DNA from: Candidatus Methylomirabilota bacterium
Lineage (GTDB): Bacteria > Methylomirabilota > Methylomirabilia > Rokubacteriales > CSP1-6
Length of the DNA stretch: 12,895 nt
Assembly: GCA_046726415.1 (NCBI GenBank)
Contig: JBKPAK010000061.1
Span: forward strand, 1-12,895
Direction of reading: 5' to 3'
The notes beneath the pieces were generated by a model that saw only the letters and a program-made list of their open reading frames with translations, had not been told where the DNA came from and searched no databases. Shown piece after piece: positions 9,879 to 12,895 of the stretch. Position 1 is the first letter of the stretch. Every line of letters starts with the position of its first letter. A program made the translations under genes and the position numbers.

Positions 9879-9915
9879 GACGGCCTGAGTCTAAGCGTCG
9901 TAAACCGGCCGGCCT

Positions 9916-9933
9916 AGTGGACCTTCGTCCACT
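9916..9933. promoter_or_regulatory. Palindromic operator-like box 1, AGTGGAC-N4-GTCCACT
   Basis: AGTGGAC-CTTC-GTCCACT lies 22 bp upstream of TAGACT on the - strand. Confidence 0.6.
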
Positions 9934-10119
9934 CCGGCTGCTCTCCGTTTGGCATCATCCGGGAAAGCCCCGGCGCATGGTGGGCGACGTAGTGGGCGCC
10001 CCGCCCATGGCCAAGGCCGTTGATGAGTGGCTCGGGGACGAAGGCATAGAGACGGCCCGCCGGGGCGGCCGTCAGACCGCGTGACGGGGGCCAGCGCGAG
10101 TCGACGAGGCGTCGCTGGT

Positions 10120-10192
10120 CTACCCCGAGAAGCGCCGCCTGATCTCTCCTTCGGCCTGCTCGCGGGTATAGCCGTATCGATCCCGCATGAAG
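10120..10192 (-). pseudogene. CsbD-family stress protein, C-terminal fragment
   Basis: MRDRYGYTREQAEGEIRRRFSG* matches the CsbD tail (Q)ERYGxxxEQAExEI. The conserved GxWxQxxG..WGxLTDDD N-terminal part is absent in all frames I read. Confidence 0.7.
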
Positions 10193-10210
10193 AGTGGACG
10201 TTGGTCCACT
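10193..10210. promoter_or_regulatory. Palindromic operator-like box 2, AGTGGAC-N4-GTCCACT
   Basis: AGTGGAC-GTTG-GTCCACT has arms identical to box 1 and a different spacer. Confidence 0.6.
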
Positions 10211-10283
10211 ACGACCGCGCGGCGGCTCGCGTCCACCAAGGTCCGCTCGGTCTGATCGCCGCGGTGGGCACCATTCTCCTTCC

Positions 10284-10301
10284 CGTGGACCATGGTCCAG
10301 T
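10284..10301. promoter_or_regulatory. Palindromic operator-like box 3, CGTGGAC-N4-GTCCAGT
   Basis: CGTGGAC-CATG-GTCCAGT lies 22 bp upstream of TAGGGT (10324-10329) on the + strand. Confidence 0.55.
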
Positions 10302-10418
10302 ATCTCGGGGATGGCTTCTCGTCTAGGGTGCGGATCACGCGCTCGCCTGGAGCAGGAGGACAGCTCCCGTGACGGGTGTGTATGGCAGTGCGGTTCCAAA
10401 CTCTGAGAAGGTGCGGTC

Positions 10419-10790
10419 GTGAAACACATTGCAGCGTTCGGTTTGTTCAGGCTGTTCGTGGTTGGTGGCAGTGCCCCGGGACCCACTGGCGGGTCCAGTG
10501 ATTGGGAAGCGGTCGGAAGCTCCGGCGGATGTCGCCCCCGTCGTCGTGAGCTGGCAGTCGGCCGAAGACATCTCGTTCGAGGCTGACAAGGCCGACATCA
10601 TTCTGAGATGCGCGAAGAAGATCGAGCTTCGCGCGGCGTGGGTCAGGACGCACCCGATGTTCGACGTCGCCCTTGACGCCCGCGCCGACGAGGTGATGAC
10701 GGGTGAGAAGGATCCGCGGCTCGGCGAGCGCCGTGTGAGCGCCGTCCGTGAGGCGCTTGTGGCGGCCGGCGTGATCCCGGCTCGCATCCA
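10419..10790 (+). pseudogene. OmpA/Pal-like peptidoglycan-binding protein, frameshifted and C-terminally truncated
   Basis: GTG 10419 gives a signal-like MKHIAAFGLFRLFVVGGSA. A different frame carries DISFEADKADI...WVRTHP.FDVALDARADE...RLGERRVSAVREALVAAGVIPARI (OmpA_C-like). The terminal RRV motif is missing. Confidence 0.75.
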
Positions 10791-11057
10791 TGGAGACGTG
10801 GCGTCACCGTGTTTCGCGGCGGCGGGACCCGCTACCCTGGACACGTCGTGGGCTTCCGCGACGACACCGCCGGAGCGTGGCGGCTTCGCATGACGCGCGA
10901 CAGTAGCCATGGGCCAGCCGACGGCAAGTGGGGGGACTACCTGACGTGCCGACGCCACTCGCCCCAGACGAACACCTGGGTGGCGGTCGGATTCACGCTG
11001 CAGGGCGGAGGCGCGCGCACCGATATCGAGCCGCGATACGTCCACGTTGGACGGTGA
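10791..11057 (+). pseudogene. C-terminal fragment of an uncharacterised 'WGDY'-motif protein
   Basis: GDV(fs)VTVFRGGGTRYPGHVVGFRDD...HGPADGKWGDYLTCRRHSP...WVAVGFTLQGGGARTDIEPRYVHVGR* is strongly coding-like but has no start or RBS of its own. Confidence 0.65.
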
Positions 11058-11064
11058 TCGAGGA

Positions 11065-12894
11065 TCAGTTGGAAGGTCGGATCAGCGAGCGCCGGTGGAG
11101 GGCCCGGAACGGCTTCGCCGCCGGCGTGAGCCGCCCGTCCCCGGACTTCCAGAGTAGGCGGCCGCGGTCCGACGACATGAAGGCCCGCTGGCGCTTCAGC
11201 CGCTCCTCGTTCAGGACGCTCTTCGACACCACATAGCGCACCAGGCCGTCCGGGCCAATCACCGCCGTCGAGCCGCCGAGGAAGTCGAAGCCGCGCTCGC
11301 CGCCCCGTCCCCGGACTTTCCGCGTCTGCGTCACTTCGGCGATGAGGTCGAACACCACCTGCCCGTCGGGACCGACCCGACGCGACGAGCGGATCGACTG
11401 TACGCGTGGCGGGTCCACCGTGTCCTTGCCCAAGCGCGGGTGGCCGGCCGGAGCGAGGCCGAAGACCTCGAGGTATTCCGGCCGGCTCACCACGTACCCG
11501 AACGCCCCCGCCTGGCGCCTCAGCTCGCGGGCGCTCGCCGGGTTGGCGGGGTCGCCGGCGAATTTCAGCTCGGCGAAGGTGAGCGCCTCGATGGGCCGCA
11601 CGCTCTTGAACGGCGGCCGCCAGCGCAGGGCGTCCTCCGACAGGGAGTCCACGCCGCGCGGGTAGATCTGGCGCACGCGGAACGCGTCCACCCACGCCTC
11701 GCGGTACGCCCACGGGTCGTCGGGTACCAGATCGTGATCGGCGGTGATGACGGCGCGGAGGTACTCGCCAAGCTCGATGTCGACTGGCGGGCAGTAGTCG
11801 ATGGCGCGAATGCATATCGTCAGGAACTGGGCGGCGAGTCGGCTCGCCTTCTCGGCCAGGAGGTCGCGCAGCTCCGGCGGGAGATCGCCGGGCGGCAAGA
11901 GGCCGCTGCCGTGGGTGGCCAGGCGCAGGTCGCGAGCCGTCTTCCGCCTGAACACCGCCATGAACGCGTCGAAGACGGCCGAGACGAGGACGCTGCCCAG
12001 CTCGTGCTCTTCCATCTCTTCGGGGGCGTACCGGCGCGGCGTGAGCGGATTGACCTCGATCGCGCTGCGCAGCCCTCGCTCCTCGCCCATGGTCTGGCCG
12101 AACTGCTGGGCGAGGTTCGTGAGGATCCCCGCGTCGTGCAGCTCGCCCCGCGCCCGCCCGATGGCCGTCTCCACGACTTCCCGGTAGCTGAAGTGCTGGA
12201 AGATGGCCACGAGGTCGGCGAAGCCCTCGTGAAATGCCAGGACGTCGGGCGCGCTCGGCACCGTGAAGTGCGCGCGCAGCCCGTCCAGGAGGGCGTGCGT
12301 AACCTCATGGGCGATGATGTCGTGCGAGAGGCTGGCGAAGACGAGCCCGCGCGGAAGATTGCGCCCGTGCACCTTCTCGTCGGCCCGAAAGTATCCGAAG
12401 GCCAGCTCACCCGCCTCCTTGTCGTAATAGGCGTTGTCCTCCAGCATCGCGTACGGGCGCAGCCGCAGCCGCGTGCGCCGGTCGGCGCCGCCGGGCTGCG
12501 TGAAGCCCCAGGCCAGGTGCCGTCCCAGGGCCTTCTTGAAGGCGGCGTACACCAGGCTGCACACGGCGTACACCATCTGCTGGTGGAAGAGCGGATCCGA
12601 GGGTGACGGGCGGCGGCCGTCGTTGAGGAGCACCGCGCGGTCGTCGAGGTTGAGGTGGCGGTAGTCCTCGCCGGTGCCGCCATCGTGCGCGTCGACCTCG
12701 AAGACGTGGCCGCGGAACCCGCGTTCGACCGGTTCGAAGGGCACGTTGACGACAGCCACCCACCCCTCCAGCTTCGACAGCGCGGGATCGAGCGCGTAGA
12801 TGTGCAGCGGCCGGTAAAGCGGGTCGTCGGGCTTGCGCTCGTACGGTCGCCCTTCGATCGCCCGCGTGACGCCCTCGCCGATCGCGTAGTCGAT
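11065..12894 (-). CDS. Gluzincin zinc metallopeptidase (M4/M36-like), 5'-partial, at least 609 aa
   Basis: HDIIAHEVTHALLDG (HEXXH), AFHEGFADLVA (third-ligand ExxxD), EDNAYYD, FHQQMVYAV, HELGSVLV and RAIDYCPPVDI motifs. The frame stays open upstream of 12759 to the window edge (IDYAIGEG...RPLHIYALDP). Confidence 0.9.
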   Translation of the reverse strand: MDYAIGEGVTRAIEGRPYERKPDDPLYRPLHIYALDPALSKLEGWVAVVNVPFEPVERGFRGHVFEVDAHDGGTGEDYRHLNLDDRAVLLNDGRRPSPSDPLFHQQMVYAVCSLVYAAFKKALGRHLAWGFTQPGGADRRTRLRLRPYAMLEDNAYYDKEAGELAFGYFRADEKVHGRNLPRGLVFASLSHDIIAHEVTHALLDGLRAHFTVPSAPDVLAFHEGFADLVAIFQHFSYREVVETAIGRARGELHDAGILTNLAQQFGQTMGEERGLRSAIEVNPLTPRRYAPEEMEEHELGSVLVSAVFDAFMAVFRRKTARDLRLATHGSGLLPPGDLPPELRDLLAEKASRLAAQFLTICIRAIDYCPPVDIELGEYLRAVITADHDLVPDDPWAYREAWVDAFRVRQIYPRGVDSLSEDALRWRPPFKSVRPIEALTFAELKFAGDPANPASARELRRQAGAFGYVVSRPEYLEVFGLAPAGHPRLGKDTVDPPRVQSIRSSRRVGPDGQVVFDLIAEVTQTRKVRGRGGERGFDFLGGSTAVIGPDGLVRYVVSKSVLNEERLKRQRAFMSSDRGRLLWKSGDGRLTPAAKPFRALHRRSLIRPSN

Positions 12895-12895
12895 G

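Noticed and set aside
9914-10486. 190-aa minus-strand ORF
   Set aside because: Pro/Arg-rich read-through across regulatory boxes and the CsbD relic, with no family motif.
10937-12763. 292-, 388-, 287- and 118-aa overlapping ORFs
   Set aside because: Alternative or antisense frames of the metallopeptidase.

Overview
GC-rich bacterial window. The gene content resembles Ca. Rokubacteria/Methylomirabilota, which is inference only. The intact core is a CIRCE-controlled groES-groEL operon (- strand), a UPF0182 membrane protein (+), and a 5'-partial HEXXH gluzincin (M4/M36-like) metallopeptidase (-) running off the right edge. Several short hypothetical proteins also look intact: a 114-aa secreted protein, a 116-aa membrane-anchored protein, a 68-aa helical protein and a Zn-ribbon protein. 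Between them lies a dense set of mobile-element remnants and chimeric gene scars. These are the 3' end of an IS110 transposase missed by the ORF track, a truncated LLM oxidoreductase, a 293-bp IS21 internal-deletion MITE with a 5-bp target duplication, an IS1380 derivative carrying a 99-bp galU fragment, a tRNA-like remnant, a CsbD tail and an OmpA::'WGDY' fusion scar. Three non-coding signals stand out. The first is three GTGGAC-N4-GTCCA(C/G) palindromes, two of them exactly 22 bp upstream of divergent TAGnnT -10 boxes. The second is a duplicated dif-like AT island. The third is a phased-repeat block resembling an integrase att arm. I found no complete novel multi-gene system that the sequence alone can prove. 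All family assignments come from recalled motifs, not database searches.
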